This document shows positions 40,128 to 49,344 of a DNA stretch of 62,040 nt, piece after piece (the first letter of the stretch is position 1; every line of letters starts with the position of its first letter). Location: the NCBI GenBank assembly GCA_046759445.1, contig JBHICG010000014.1, positions 1-62,040 of the forward strand, given 5' to 3'. A program made the translations under genes and the position numbers. The notes beneath the pieces were generated by a model. The model was not told where the DNA came from, made no database searches, and worked only from the letters and a program-made list of their open reading frames with translations. This DNA is from Candidatus Scalinduaceae bacterium. Lineage in GTDB: Bacteria; Planctomycetota; Brocadiia; Brocadiales; Scalinduaceae.

Positions 40128-43100
40128 ATGAACACTGACCTATCTTTTATCACCAACGAAGAAAATCAAACCCTTAAAGAGCGGTTTAAAGTCCTGATTA
40201 AAGACACTTCATTCTTTGACTGCCTTGTGGGTTACTTCTATTCCAGTGGATTTTACGCCATATACCATTCTTTGGAAAACACAGAAAAGATAAGAATTCT
40301 TATTGGAATCAGCACAAGCAGACAGACTTTCGAATTACTGGAAAATGCCAACCTGTCTGCGTGCAACGCACAGGCAGATAAACCCAAACATCAACAAATT
40401 GATTTCTCACACGCCGAAACTAAACAAGAAGTGGAAGATCTCGTTCAAAAAGAAATGGAGGATTCTGAGGACAACAGGAAAGTCGAAGAAGGTGTAAATA
40501 AGTTTATAGAATGGGTTGGTAACGGCAAATTAGAAATAAAGGCTTTTCCGTCACAGAACATACACGCTAAACTCTATATTATGACATTTATGGAAGGCGA
40601 TCGTGATGTAGGAAGAGTTATAACTGGATCGAGCAATTTCACACAGGCTGGTCTGGTTGATAATCTTGAATTCAACGTGGAACTGAAAAACAGAAGTGAC
40701 TATGATTTTGCAAAAAATAAATTTGAGGAATTATGGAGTAACGCTGTAAATGTCAGCGAAAAGTATGTTCAGACCATTCAGGGTAAGACCTGGTTGAGTC
40801 AAAATATCTCCCCATATCAATTATACCTGAAATTTCTCTATGAATATTTCAAGGATGAACTCAGTCAGACAGACGAAGTGTTTGTTAAGTATCTCCCGCA
40901 GGAGTTTAAAAAGCTTGAATATCAAGAGCAGGCGGTTTTAAACGCTAAAAAGATACTCCTGGAATACGGCGGAGTTTTTGTCTCGGACGTTGTAGGGTTG
41001 GGAAAAACATATATTTCAGCAATGCTGGCAGGTCAACTGGTAGAAGGAAGAACACTTGTCATCGCTCCGCCGGTACTTTTAGAAAAATCTAACCCTGGCT
41101 CTTGGCCAAATGTTTTTTCAGACTTCCGAGTTCCGGCAGATTTTGAATCACTCGGCAAACTGGACGACCTGTTGGACAGAGGAACAGACAAATACACAAA
41201 TATTATCATAGATGAGGCACACCGCTTTCGAACCGAAACAACAATCACCTACGAAAAACTGGCTGAAATATGTCGTGGAAAAAGAGTTATCCTGGTAACC
41301 GCAACTCCTTACAATAATACTCCGAAAGATATTCTAAGCCTTCTTAAGCTGTTTCAGAAAGCCAAAAAAAGCACTATTCCAAATCTGCCTGACCTGGAAG
41401 CATTCTTTAACGGTTTGGACAAAAAACTTAAAAATCTGGACAGAAAGAAAGACTATACCGAATACATAAGTACTGTAAGAGCAAATGCACGAGAAATACG
41501 CGATAAAGTTCTTAAATATCTAATGGTACGCCGAACCAGGACCGAAATCGAAAAATATTTTAGTAAAGACATAAAAGAACAGGGTCTTAAATTTCCGGAT
41601 GTAAAAAAACCGAAACCGTTATTCTACGAACTCAATCAAGAAGAAGACGGTATTTTTAATAAAACCATCGATCTGATTGCCAATAAATTCAAATATGCCA
41701 GGTACATGCCTATGCTTTATTACGAAGGAGAAAAAGAAATTGACCAGCTTGAAAAGCAGTCCCAGAAAAACATGGGGCGGTTTATGAAAATCCTGCTTGT
41801 CAAACGGTTGGAAAGTAGTTTTTTTGCCTTTAGGAATTCGGTGGACAGATTCCTGTATTCTTACAAAAAGTTCATAAAAGAGTTGGATAACGGCAATGTG
41901 TATGTAAGTAAAAAACATACCAACAAGATATTTGAACTGTTAGAGAACGATGATGACGAAGCAGTTCAGCGATTAATAGATGAAGGCAAGGCGGAAAGAT
42001 ATGAGAGTAAAGATTTCAGAAAAGAGCTTAAAATAGATTTGCAGCTTGATCATGACATCCTTATGGAAGTCAAAAAACTGTGGCAGAAAGTAAACCGTGA
42101 CCCGAAGCTTCTAAAATTTACAAACGAACTTTCAAAAAATGCAGTCTTAAAAAACAATCATCTTATTATTTTTACGGAGTCAAAGGAAACAGCCAACTAT
42201 CTATTTAAAAATATAAATTATGAATACCAAGACAAGGTTCTTTTGTTTACGGGTGATTCAGGCGAATCTGTTCGCGATAAAGTGATTGAAAACTTTGATG
42301 CCAGGGCCCGTCATCCTAAGGAAGAATACCGAATACTTGTTTCCACCGAAGTCCTGTCGGAAGGTGTAAACCTGCATCGTGCAAATGTGGTGATTAATTA
42401 CGATATCCCCTGGAACCCGACCAGAATGATGCAGAGAGTGGGACGCATTAACAGAGTTGATACACCCTTTGATATTATCCATACCTTCAATTTTTTTCCC
42501 ACCACACAATCCAATGACCAGATAAAGCTGAAAGAAGCGGCAGAGGGGAAAATCAATGCCTTTTTGACTCTGCTTGGCGGTGATGCGGAGCTTCTAACTG
42601 AAGGTGAGCCTATAGGCTCACACGAGCTGTTTAACCGGTTGACATCAAAGAAAACACTGGAAGGCGAAGAAGAGGCAGAGGAAAGCGAACTAAAATATCT
42701 TCAGGTTATCCGGAACATCCGCGAAAAGGAACCTGACCTTTTTGAAAAAATAAAACGCCTGCCTAAAAAAGCACGCACAGCAAAGCTTAACAATGATTTA
42801 GCACAATCGCTTATAACTTACTTCAGGCGCGGGAAACTGCAGAAGTTTTTCATGGCGCTGGATAGGAAATCAACAGAAGAACTTGATTTTATATGCGCGG
42901 CAAAATTGCTTGAAAGCCAGCCTGATGAAAAAAGGAAGAAGCTCCCTGGAGAGATTTATGATCTCCTGGACAAAAACAAGGAGGCCTTTATTATCGCTAC
43001 AACCGAAGAAATGGCTGAACCGCAAATAAGAAGAGGACGCGACAGCGCTGCTAATATCCTGAGAATTCTAAAAGCAACCTTGAAAAACACTCAGAAACTC

Positions 43101-43355
43101 ACTGAGGATCAGGAATTATACCTAAAAAAAGTATTGATCCAGCTTGAAGAAGGTGGTTTGCCCAAGCAGACGGCAAAAAATACATTAAAAACCCTGGACA
43201 CACTTAAAGATGAACTGAAAAATCCTTTCAAGGTGCTGGCAGTACTTCAATCCCATATACCCGAAAGGCTGTTGGAAGAACATTATGCCGAGCAGAACCC
43301 GACAATATTCGGAAAACGTGAAGTCATACTCTCATTATATTTATCAGGTGAATAA
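40128..43355 (+). CDS. PLD-nuclease + SNF2-like SF2 helicase (RM-associated)
   Basis: HAKLY...GSSNFT (PLD), DVVGLGKT, IIDEAH, TATP, SEGVNL, QRVGRINR. Confidence 0.88.
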   Translation: MNTDLSFITNEENQTLKERFKVLIKDTSFFDCLVGYFYSSGFYAIYHSLENTEKIRILIGISTSRQTFELLENANLSACNAQADKPKHQQIDFSHAETKQEVEDLVQKEMEDSEDNRKVEEGVNKFIEWVGNGKLEIKAFPSQNIHAKLYIMTFMEGDRDVGRVITGSSNFTQAGLVDNLEFNVELKNRSDYDFAKNKFEELWSNAVNVSEKYVQTIQGKTWLSQNISPYQLYLKFLYEYFKDELSQTDEVFVKYLPQEFKKLEYQEQAVLNAKKILLEYGGVFVSDVVGLGKTYISAMLAGQLVEGRTLVIAPPVLLEKSNPGSWPNVFSDFRVPADFESLGKLDDLLDRGTDKYTNIIIDEAHRFRTETTITYEKLAEICRGKRVILVTATPYNNTPKDILSLLKLFQKAKKSTIPNLPDLEAFFNGLDKKLKNLDRKKDYTEYISTVRANAREIRDKVLKYLMVRRTRTEIEKYFSKDIKEQGLKFPDVKKPKPLFYELNQEEDGIFNKTIDLIANKFKYARYMPMLYYEGEKEIDQLEKQSQKNMGRFMKILLVKRLESSFFAFRNSVDRFLYSYKKFIKELDNGNVYVSKKHTNKIFELLENDDDEAVQRLIDEGKAERYESKDFRKELKIDLQLDHDILMEVKKLWQKVNRDPKLLKFTNELSKNAVLKNNHLIIFTESKETANYLFKNINYEYQDKVLLFTGDSGESVRDKVIENFDARARHPKEEYRILVSTEVLSEGVNLHRANVVINYDIPWNPTRMMQRVGRINRVDTPFDIIHTFNFFPTTQSNDQIKLKEAAEGKINAFLTLLGGDAELLTEGEPIGSHELFNRLTSKKTLEGEEEAEESELKYLQVIRNIREKEPDLFEKIKRLPKKARTAKLNNDLAQSLITYFRRGKLQKFFMALDRKSTEELDFICAAKLLESQPDEKRKKLPGEIYDLLDKNKEAFIIATTEEMAEPQIRRGRDSAANILRILKATLKNTQKLTEDQELYLKKVLIQLEEGGLPKQTAKNTLKTLDTLKDELKNPFKVLAVLQSHIPERLLEEHYAEQNPTIFGKREVILSLYLSGE

Positions 43356-43357
43356 AT

Positions 43358-46300
43358 ATGGATAAGCATCAAGCCCAGGAAATCATTAAAGGAACCTTTG
43401 AAAGCTCATTTGATAAAAACGTTTATACCGGATTTATAAAGAACCTTCTTAACAGGATTGACGGTTCGCCTTTTACTTACAAGGGGAACTATATTCCCGA
43501 TGCCTATAAGCAATACATAAGAACACTGGAGCGTATCGGAAAGTTCAGCGATGGTGAAAACAGTATTGATATACTTGTAATAAATCTCCAGAAAGAAACA
43601 TCCCTTGAACGCGCCCGTACCATGCAGAGAAACTTTATTGCCTGGTACTTAAACGGCAGCCGGGGTGGAGAGTTGAAAGACGCTGCTCTTGCCGCCTTTG
43701 TATCTCCCGATAAAGAAGACTGGCGGTTTTCACTGGTAAAGATGGATTATAAGTTCGAACCTGCCTGCGCCACAGACGCGGCAGGCAGTCAAAATCCGGC
43801 CTGTCTGCGTGCGGAGACGCACAGGCAGGCCAAAATGAAGGTAAAAGAAGAATTTACCCCTGCCCGGCGCTGGTCGTTCCTTGTTGGTAAAAACGAAAAA
43901 AGCCATACCGCGCAAATCCGTCTTGTTGATATCCTGAAAGACGATGAGCAAGACCCTACTCTGGAAGAGATTGAAAAAGCCTTTGATATTGAAACTGTCA
44001 CCAAAGAGTTTTTCCTCGAATACCGTGGACTTTTCCTTCGCACCAAAGATGAGCTGGACAAGATAGTAACTCAAGCTTCCAGCTTGAGAGATGAATTTGA
44101 ATCTAAGGGAGTTGATACCGTAAACTTTGCCAAGAAACTTTTGGGACAAATTGTGTTTCTATACTTTCTACAGAAAAAAGGCTGGTTTGGCGTGAGACGC
44201 GATAATGAGTGGGGCACCGGCTCAAAACATTTTCTAAGGGAACTGTTTGAGAAAAAAGTAACTCAAGCTTCCAGCTTGAGCAAAGAAAACCACAAGCAAG
44301 ATGCTTGCGATACTACAAATTTCTTCAATGACATTCTGGAGCCGCTTTTCTATGACGCATTATCTAGAGATCGCTCTGATATTGATCATTGGAATGATCA
44401 TTTTAAATGTAAAATTCCCTTTTTAAACGGCGGACTATTCGACCCTATTGGTAATTATAGCTGGTATAATACTGACATTCTGCTACCCAATGAACTTTTC
44501 TCCAATAATGTAAAAACTAAAGAGGGTGACAAAGGTACCGGAATACTGGATGTCTTTGATCGCTACAACTTTACAGTAAAAGAGGATGAACCCCTTGAAA
44601 AAGAAGTAGCCATCGATCCAGAGCTTTTGGGAAAGGCATATGAAAAATTCAATGCCATCCGCCCGGATAATTATGCTGAATTTAAGAAGGCTCTAAAGAG
44701 TGGAAAGGCTGGTGAGGAAAACAAGTTTAACAAAAAGTTTGGTGTCTATTACACTCCCCGAGAAATTGTCCACTACATGTGTCAGCAGAGTCTGATGAAT
44801 TACCTGCACACAGTAACTCAAGCTTCCAGCTTGAGAGGTGATAGTTCACACAAGCAAGATGCTTGTGTTACTATAGCCAAAGAAGACATCGAATCCCTGA
44901 TACATCTCGGAGAACAGGTAAGTGAAAATGAGGCAACCGCTCTTTTAAAGGAAAAATTGATTGCTGAAGGAAAACAGAAGACTACTAAGAACAAGCCGGT
45001 ACTGCCAGAAAGCATAAAAAACAACGCAACTATGATTGACAATAAACTGGCGGAAATCACAGTCTGCGATCCGGCAGTAGGCTCCGGTGCCTTTCCGGTG
45101 GGCATGATGAGCGAGATTGTAAAAGTCAGGAACGTGCTGTCCGTTTTCCTTTCCAAAGTAATTCAAGCATCCAGCTTGAGAAACCACAAGCAGGATGCTT
45201 GTGATACTGAGCAGAGAACAATCTACGATTTCAAACGTACTTGCATTGAGCACTCCCTTTATGGCGTGGACATCGACCCAGGCGCAGTGGAGATTGCCAA
45301 ACTTCGGTTGTGGTTGTCTCTGGTAGTAGATGAAGATGATATTAAGAATATCAAACCGTTACCAAATCTGGACTATAAAGTGGTTTGTGGAAATTCTCTG
45401 CTTGGGGTAGAAAAAAACCTTTTCAATTTAAACTCTTTCAATGAACTGGAAAATCTGAAACCTCTCTTTTTCAATGAAACCAATCCAACAAAGAAACAGG
45501 AATATAGAGTTAAAATTGATGATCTGATTAGTAAAATAACCAACGGCCATAGAGAATTTGATTTTGAGGTCTACTTCTCGGAAGTGTTCCATCAAAAAGG
45601 CGGGTTTGATGTGGTCATTGCCAATCCGCCGTATGTTCAGATAAAGCAAATACCGTTGAATGATAGAAAAATATTTATTAAAAAATACAAATCTGCAGTT
45701 GGACGTTTCAATCTATTCTATTTTTTCTTAGAAAGATCCAACGATATTCTTAGACCTTCCGGATTTTCAACCTATATTGTTCCAGATAGGTTACTACTAA
45801 ATACTCAATGCGATAAATTACGAAAATGGTTACTAAAAGAGCAAACTATACTTGAAATAGATTCATTTGCAGAAGGGGTTTTCCAGGCGGTAGTTGATAA
45901 TATTATTATTTTTTGTTGCAATATGCGTTGTCAGAATAAACTTATCATAGCTAAGAACAAAGTAGACATTGATGCTTTAAAAAATATATCTCCAGTTGAA
46001 ATACCTATTACTTATTTTTTAAATTCTCCAAGTAATCAATTTGATTTGACATACAACCCAAAGATTGCCAATCTAATTAACAAGATTAAAAGCAATTCAT
46101 TGTCTCTCGAAAGAATAAGCGAAACAAAAGATGGAATTATTCAAGGCAAAGTAGCTGATAAGCTTTTTTTAAACATGCCGTTGGATAAAGATTCCAAGCC
46201 TTTGTTATTTGGGGAAGATATAAATAGGTATTCAATTAAATTTAGAAATAAATGGGTTAATTATAAACCAAATGAAATGATGCGCTTGGAAGTAAAACGT

Positions 46301-46795
46301 AGAGGACCAGGTGTTAGGCACGGTCTATGGATGAGAACTCCGGTAATCTTTGAAAGAAATAAAATACTTACACGTCAGACCGCTGACGAAATAATTGCTG
46401 CTTACGACACTGATTGTTTTTATTATTCCAATACGCTTCATGGTACAACTATCACTAATGATAAATATAATCCATTTTATGTGCTAGCTCTTTTAAATAG
46501 TAAACTGATTTCATGGTATTACAGAAGTACTACCGCTGAGGAAGGTAAAGTATTCGCACAAATTAAGATCGATCTTTTAAGGAAGTTACCGATAAAAGAA
46601 ACTTCTGACACAGAGCAGCAACGTATAACTAATATCGTTGAGCACATTCTCCCAATTACTAAGGACAAAGATTATCTGCAAAACCCTCAAAAACAATCCA
46701 AAGTAAAAGTCATTGAAGCCGAAATCGACCAGCTCGTTTACAAACTCTACGACCTTACGCCGGAAGAAATCAAAATCGTGGAAGGAGAAAAATAA
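43358..46795 (+). CDS. Eco57I/type IIG-like N6-adenine DNA methyltransferase with C-terminal TRD
   Basis: FLNGGLF, GVYYTPREIV, CDPAVGSGAF (motif I), ANPPY (motif IV), EIDQLVYKLYDLTPEEIKIVE tail. Confidence 0.88.
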   Translation: MDKHQAQEIIKGTFESSFDKNVYTGFIKNLLNRIDGSPFTYKGNYIPDAYKQYIRTLERIGKFSDGENSIDILVINLQKETSLERARTMQRNFIAWYLNGSRGGELKDAALAAFVSPDKEDWRFSLVKMDYKFEPACATDAAGSQNPACLRAETHRQAKMKVKEEFTPARRWSFLVGKNEKSHTAQIRLVDILKDDEQDPTLEEIEKAFDIETVTKEFFLEYRGLFLRTKDELDKIVTQASSLRDEFESKGVDTVNFAKKLLGQIVFLYFLQKKGWFGVRRDNEWGTGSKHFLRELFEKKVTQASSLSKENHKQDACDTTNFFNDILEPLFYDALSRDRSDIDHWNDHFKCKIPFLNGGLFDPIGNYSWYNTDILLPNELFSNNVKTKEGDKGTGILDVFDRYNFTVKEDEPLEKEVAIDPELLGKAYEKFNAIRPDNYAEFKKALKSGKAGEENKFNKKFGVYYTPREIVHYMCQQSLMNYLHTVTQASSLRGDSSHKQDACVTIAKEDIESLIHLGEQVSENEATALLKEKLIAEGKQKTTKNKPVLPESIKNNATMIDNKLAEITVCDPAVGSGAFPVGMMSEIVKVRNVLSVFLSKVIQASSLRNHKQDACDTEQRTIYDFKRTCIEHSLYGVDIDPGAVEIAKLRLWLSLVVDEDDIKNIKPLPNLDYKVVCGNSLLGVEKNLFNLNSFNELENLKPLFFNETNPTKKQEYRVKIDDLISKITNGHREFDFEVYFSEVFHQKGGFDVVIANPPYVQIKQIPLNDRKIFIKKYKSAVGRFNLFYFFLERSNDILRPSGFSTYIVPDRLLLNTQCDKLRKWLLKEQTILEIDSFAEGVFQAVVDNIIIFCCNMRCQNKLIIAKNKVDIDALKNISPVEIPITYFLNSPSNQFDLTYNPKIANLINKIKSNSLSLERISETKDGIIQGKVADKLFLNMPLDKDSKPLLFGEDINRYSIKFRNKWVNYKPNEMMRLEVKRRGPGVRHGLWMRTPVIFERNKILTRQTADEIIAAYDTDCFYYSNTLHGTTITNDKYNPFYVLALLNSKLISWYYRSTTAEEGKVFAQIKIDLLRKLPIKETSDTEQQRITNIVEHILPITKDKDYLQNPQKQSKVKVIEAEIDQLVYKLYDLTPEEIKIVEGEK
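44258..44313. repeat. REP-doublet in-frame in the MTase gene (other copies 44066-44088, 44813-44871, 45158-45207)
   Basis: GTAACTCAAGCTTCCAGCTTGAG ... CACAAGCAAGATGCTTGCGATAC; translated as VTQASSL...HKQDACDT. Confidence 0.9.
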
Positions 46796-47040
46796 AATAT
46801 CTGATTGAGCAGATAGATAAAATAATGATAGCTACCATTAAGAAATATTATGCCAGAGCCTGAATCTTTTTTACTACTGTTTAATATCTGCACAACGACT
46901 TAATACTTACTTGTTACACAAGCCATATTTTCATATACTATCATCGCAACAAATTGTCTACTTGAGCCGTAAGAGTAATCGTTATTTGTATCAGAGTAGC
47001 TGAGAGATTTAATTGGTTTTTGTAAGAAAGATTCTTAACT

Positions 47041-48297
47041 ATGTATTTAACAGAAGTAATAATAAAAAATGTTCGTTGTTGTAAAAATTTAAAACTATCA
47101 TTTGATGGGAAACCAGAATCTATTTTAATTGTTGGGGATAATGGCGATGGTAAATCTACAGTTGTACGTAGCATCGCTATGGGATTATGTGATGAGTCTA
47201 GTGCTGCCGCTTTATTACGAGATTTGCCGGGTGATTTTGTTAGGGAAAATGAGCAAGAGGCTTTTATTAGCGTTACTTTTAAGAATATAGATGGTAAACT
47301 TTATAAAATTGAAACAGAAATTAAATCTTTGAAAGCATTTGAGAAAATTAGGCAAAGAGTTTACAAGGTAATCAAAGGTAAGAAAGAAAAGGTTGATCCA
47401 GATTTGTTTCCTTGGGAAGATATATTTGTTTCTGCTTATGGTGCTGGTACTCGAACTCAAGGAACAGAGGATTACAATTACTATGTCCCTGTTGATGCTG
47501 TTTATCCTCTTTTTAAATACGATGTTCCTCTTTTACAGAATCCAGAACTAGCGTTTAGAAGAATTGCTGACGATGCCCAAAGGCGAGGTAGAAATACTGA
47601 GGATAAAATTAAAAGGGCGAAACAGATGTCAAGCTATTTGCTAGATTTGCTAAAAAAGGCACTTAATCTTGATTCGAAAGATCGAGTGTATTTAACTTCT
47701 ACAGGGTTGAAAGTAAAAAGCACGCGCTGGGGAAAGGTTGAACTAGGAGCGTTAGGAGATGGATATAGAGCAGTTACTACTTGTGTTTTAGATTTGCTAT
47801 CATGGTGGATGCTTTCTCTTAAACTTCATGATAAAAGTATTTACACAAATAGAAGTGTGAAAGGAATTGTTCTTATTGACGAAGTCGAACAACATTTACA
47901 TCCCAGATGGCAAATAAAAATGGTTCAGATATTAAGTGAACTATTTCCGGATGTTCAGTTTATACTCACATCGCATTCTCCTCTTGTCATCTCTGGCTAC
48001 AAAGGAACGTCTATTTATCAACTGGAAAAGGGAATTTGTACAGTTAAGAAAGCCTATGGTTGGTTGCCTGAAAATGTTTATCGCGAAATCATGGGGCTGG
48101 AAAAGTTGAGGTCTCTTAAAATGGAAGAAGAAATACAAAGATATAAGGAGCTTAATTTTCTTTACCTTAAAGATAAGCTTTCTAATAAAGATAGAAATGA
48201 AATGAATAGAATAAAAAAGGAACTCTTAAGAATTTTGCCCAGCACTGATCCAATAGTATTGACTTCTGAATTAGAAAATCTTAGTAAAAAGTTTTAG
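47041..48297 (+). CDS. ABC/AAA_21-type ATPase (PtuA/Septu-like)
   Basis: GDNGDGKST Walker A, AYGAGTR, LGDGY signature, LIDEVEQHLHPRWQ, QFILTSHSP. Confidence 0.85.
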   Translation: MYLTEVIIKNVRCCKNLKLSFDGKPESILIVGDNGDGKSTVVRSIAMGLCDESSAAALLRDLPGDFVRENEQEAFISVTFKNIDGKLYKIETEIKSLKAFEKIRQRVYKVIKGKKEKVDPDLFPWEDIFVSAYGAGTRTQGTEDYNYYVPVDAVYPLFKYDVPLLQNPELAFRRIADDAQRRGRNTEDKIKRAKQMSSYLLDLLKKALNLDSKDRVYLTSTGLKVKSTRWGKVELGALGDGYRAVTTCVLDLLSWWMLSLKLHDKSIYTNRSVKGIVLIDEVEQHLHPRWQIKMVQILSELFPDVQFILTSHSPLVISGYKGTSIYQLEKGICTVKKAYGWLPENVYREIMGLEKLRSLKMEEEIQRYKELNFLYLKDKLSNKDRNEMNRIKKELLRILPSTDPIVLTSELENLSKKF

Positions 48298-48300
48298 AAA

Positions 48301-48957
48301 ATGAGAAATGTAAAACGTAAAATAAAACCGCCCGAATTGGCAAGAAATGCGAGTTCTTGGAAGAAAGAGTTATTAAGAGAATTAGATAAAGGAACAATGG
48401 TAAATAAGAAAAAGCTCGAAACTATTTACCGTAGATATAACATTCCTAATGTGAAAAAAACCTTAAACAGCATGTATAACAATCATTGTTGTTATTGTGA
48501 AAGTAAAGTAGGAGTTGTTGATTATCCCCATATCGAGCATAGGAAGCCTAAAAGAAAGTATCCTGAATTAACCTTTGATTGGGATAATTTGAATTTAGCT
48601 TGCGAAGTATGTAATAAGAATAAGGGAGAGAAGTATAATAAAAAAGCACCTATTTTGGATGCGGTAAAAGATAATCCTATTACTAAACATTTATCATACC
48701 GAATAGGAGTTGGGAGTATTGACAGAACATATAATACCGAAAGGGGGAAAACAACAATAGAACATACTAAACTTAACCGAGACTTATTGAGCAGAAGTAG
48801 GGTAGATGTTTTTTGGCATGTAATGAATGTTATTGATTTTATTAAAAGTAATCCTAGAGATTCAGATAACGAACTTAGAAAGGATGATTTAAAACGATTA
48901 ACTAAGGGTCAGTATGGTTCAATGATAAAATGGTTAATGGGTTGTTATTTGAATTGA
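48301..48957 (+). CDS. HNH endonuclease (PtuB/Septu-like)
   Basis: CCYCES...HIEHRKPK...WDNLNLACEVCNKNKG. Confidence 0.85.
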   Translation: MRNVKRKIKPPELARNASSWKKELLRELDKGTMVNKKKLETIYRRYNIPNVKKTLNSMYNNHCCYCESKVGVVDYPHIEHRKPKRKYPELTFDWDNLNLACEVCNKNKGEKYNKKAPILDAVKDNPITKHLSYRIGVGSIDRTYNTERGKTTIEHTKLNRDLLSRSRVDVFWHVMNVIDFIKSNPRDSDNELRKDDLKRLTKGQYGSMIKWLMGCYLN

Positions 48958-48973
48958 AGGAATGAGATAAAAT

Positions 48974-49342
48974 ATGGCATATGGTAAGGAATTAATTTTG
49001 GATATGCATAATTGCGATCCTACAACTTTCACTAGAAAACATATACGGAATTATTTTAAAAAATTATGTTCTTTAATAGACATGGAAAGATCAGATTTAC
49101 ATTGGTGGGATGATTTGAAAACCCCAGAAGAGGAAAAAGAAACAGAACCTCACTTAAAGGGGACAACAGCAATTCAGTTTATTAAAACGAGCAATATTAC
49201 AATCCATACATTAGATTTGCTGAAAAGTGTTTATTTAAATATATTTTCTTGTAAAGATTTTGACTCTGAAATAGTTAAGCAGTTCACGCAAGAGTGGTTT
49301 AAGGGTAAAATAGTAAACAATCATGTTATCGAAAGGAAATAG
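48974..49342 (+). CDS. S-adenosylmethionine decarboxylase-like (pyruvoyl) proenzyme
   Basis: YGKELILDM, GTTAIQFIKTSNITIHT (Ser at the pyruvoyl position), NIFSCKDF. Confidence 0.72.
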   Translation: MAYGKELILDMHNCDPTTFTRKHIRNYFKKLCSLIDMERSDLHWWDDLKTPEEEKETEPHLKGTTAIQFIKTSNITIHTLDLLKSVYLNIFSCKDFDSEIVKQFTQEWFKGKIVNNHVIERK

Positions 49343-49344
49343 AT

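Noticed and set aside
47041..48957. Retron (Ec78-like) system
   Set aside because: PtuA/PtuB-like genes are present but there is no reverse transcriptase in the window.
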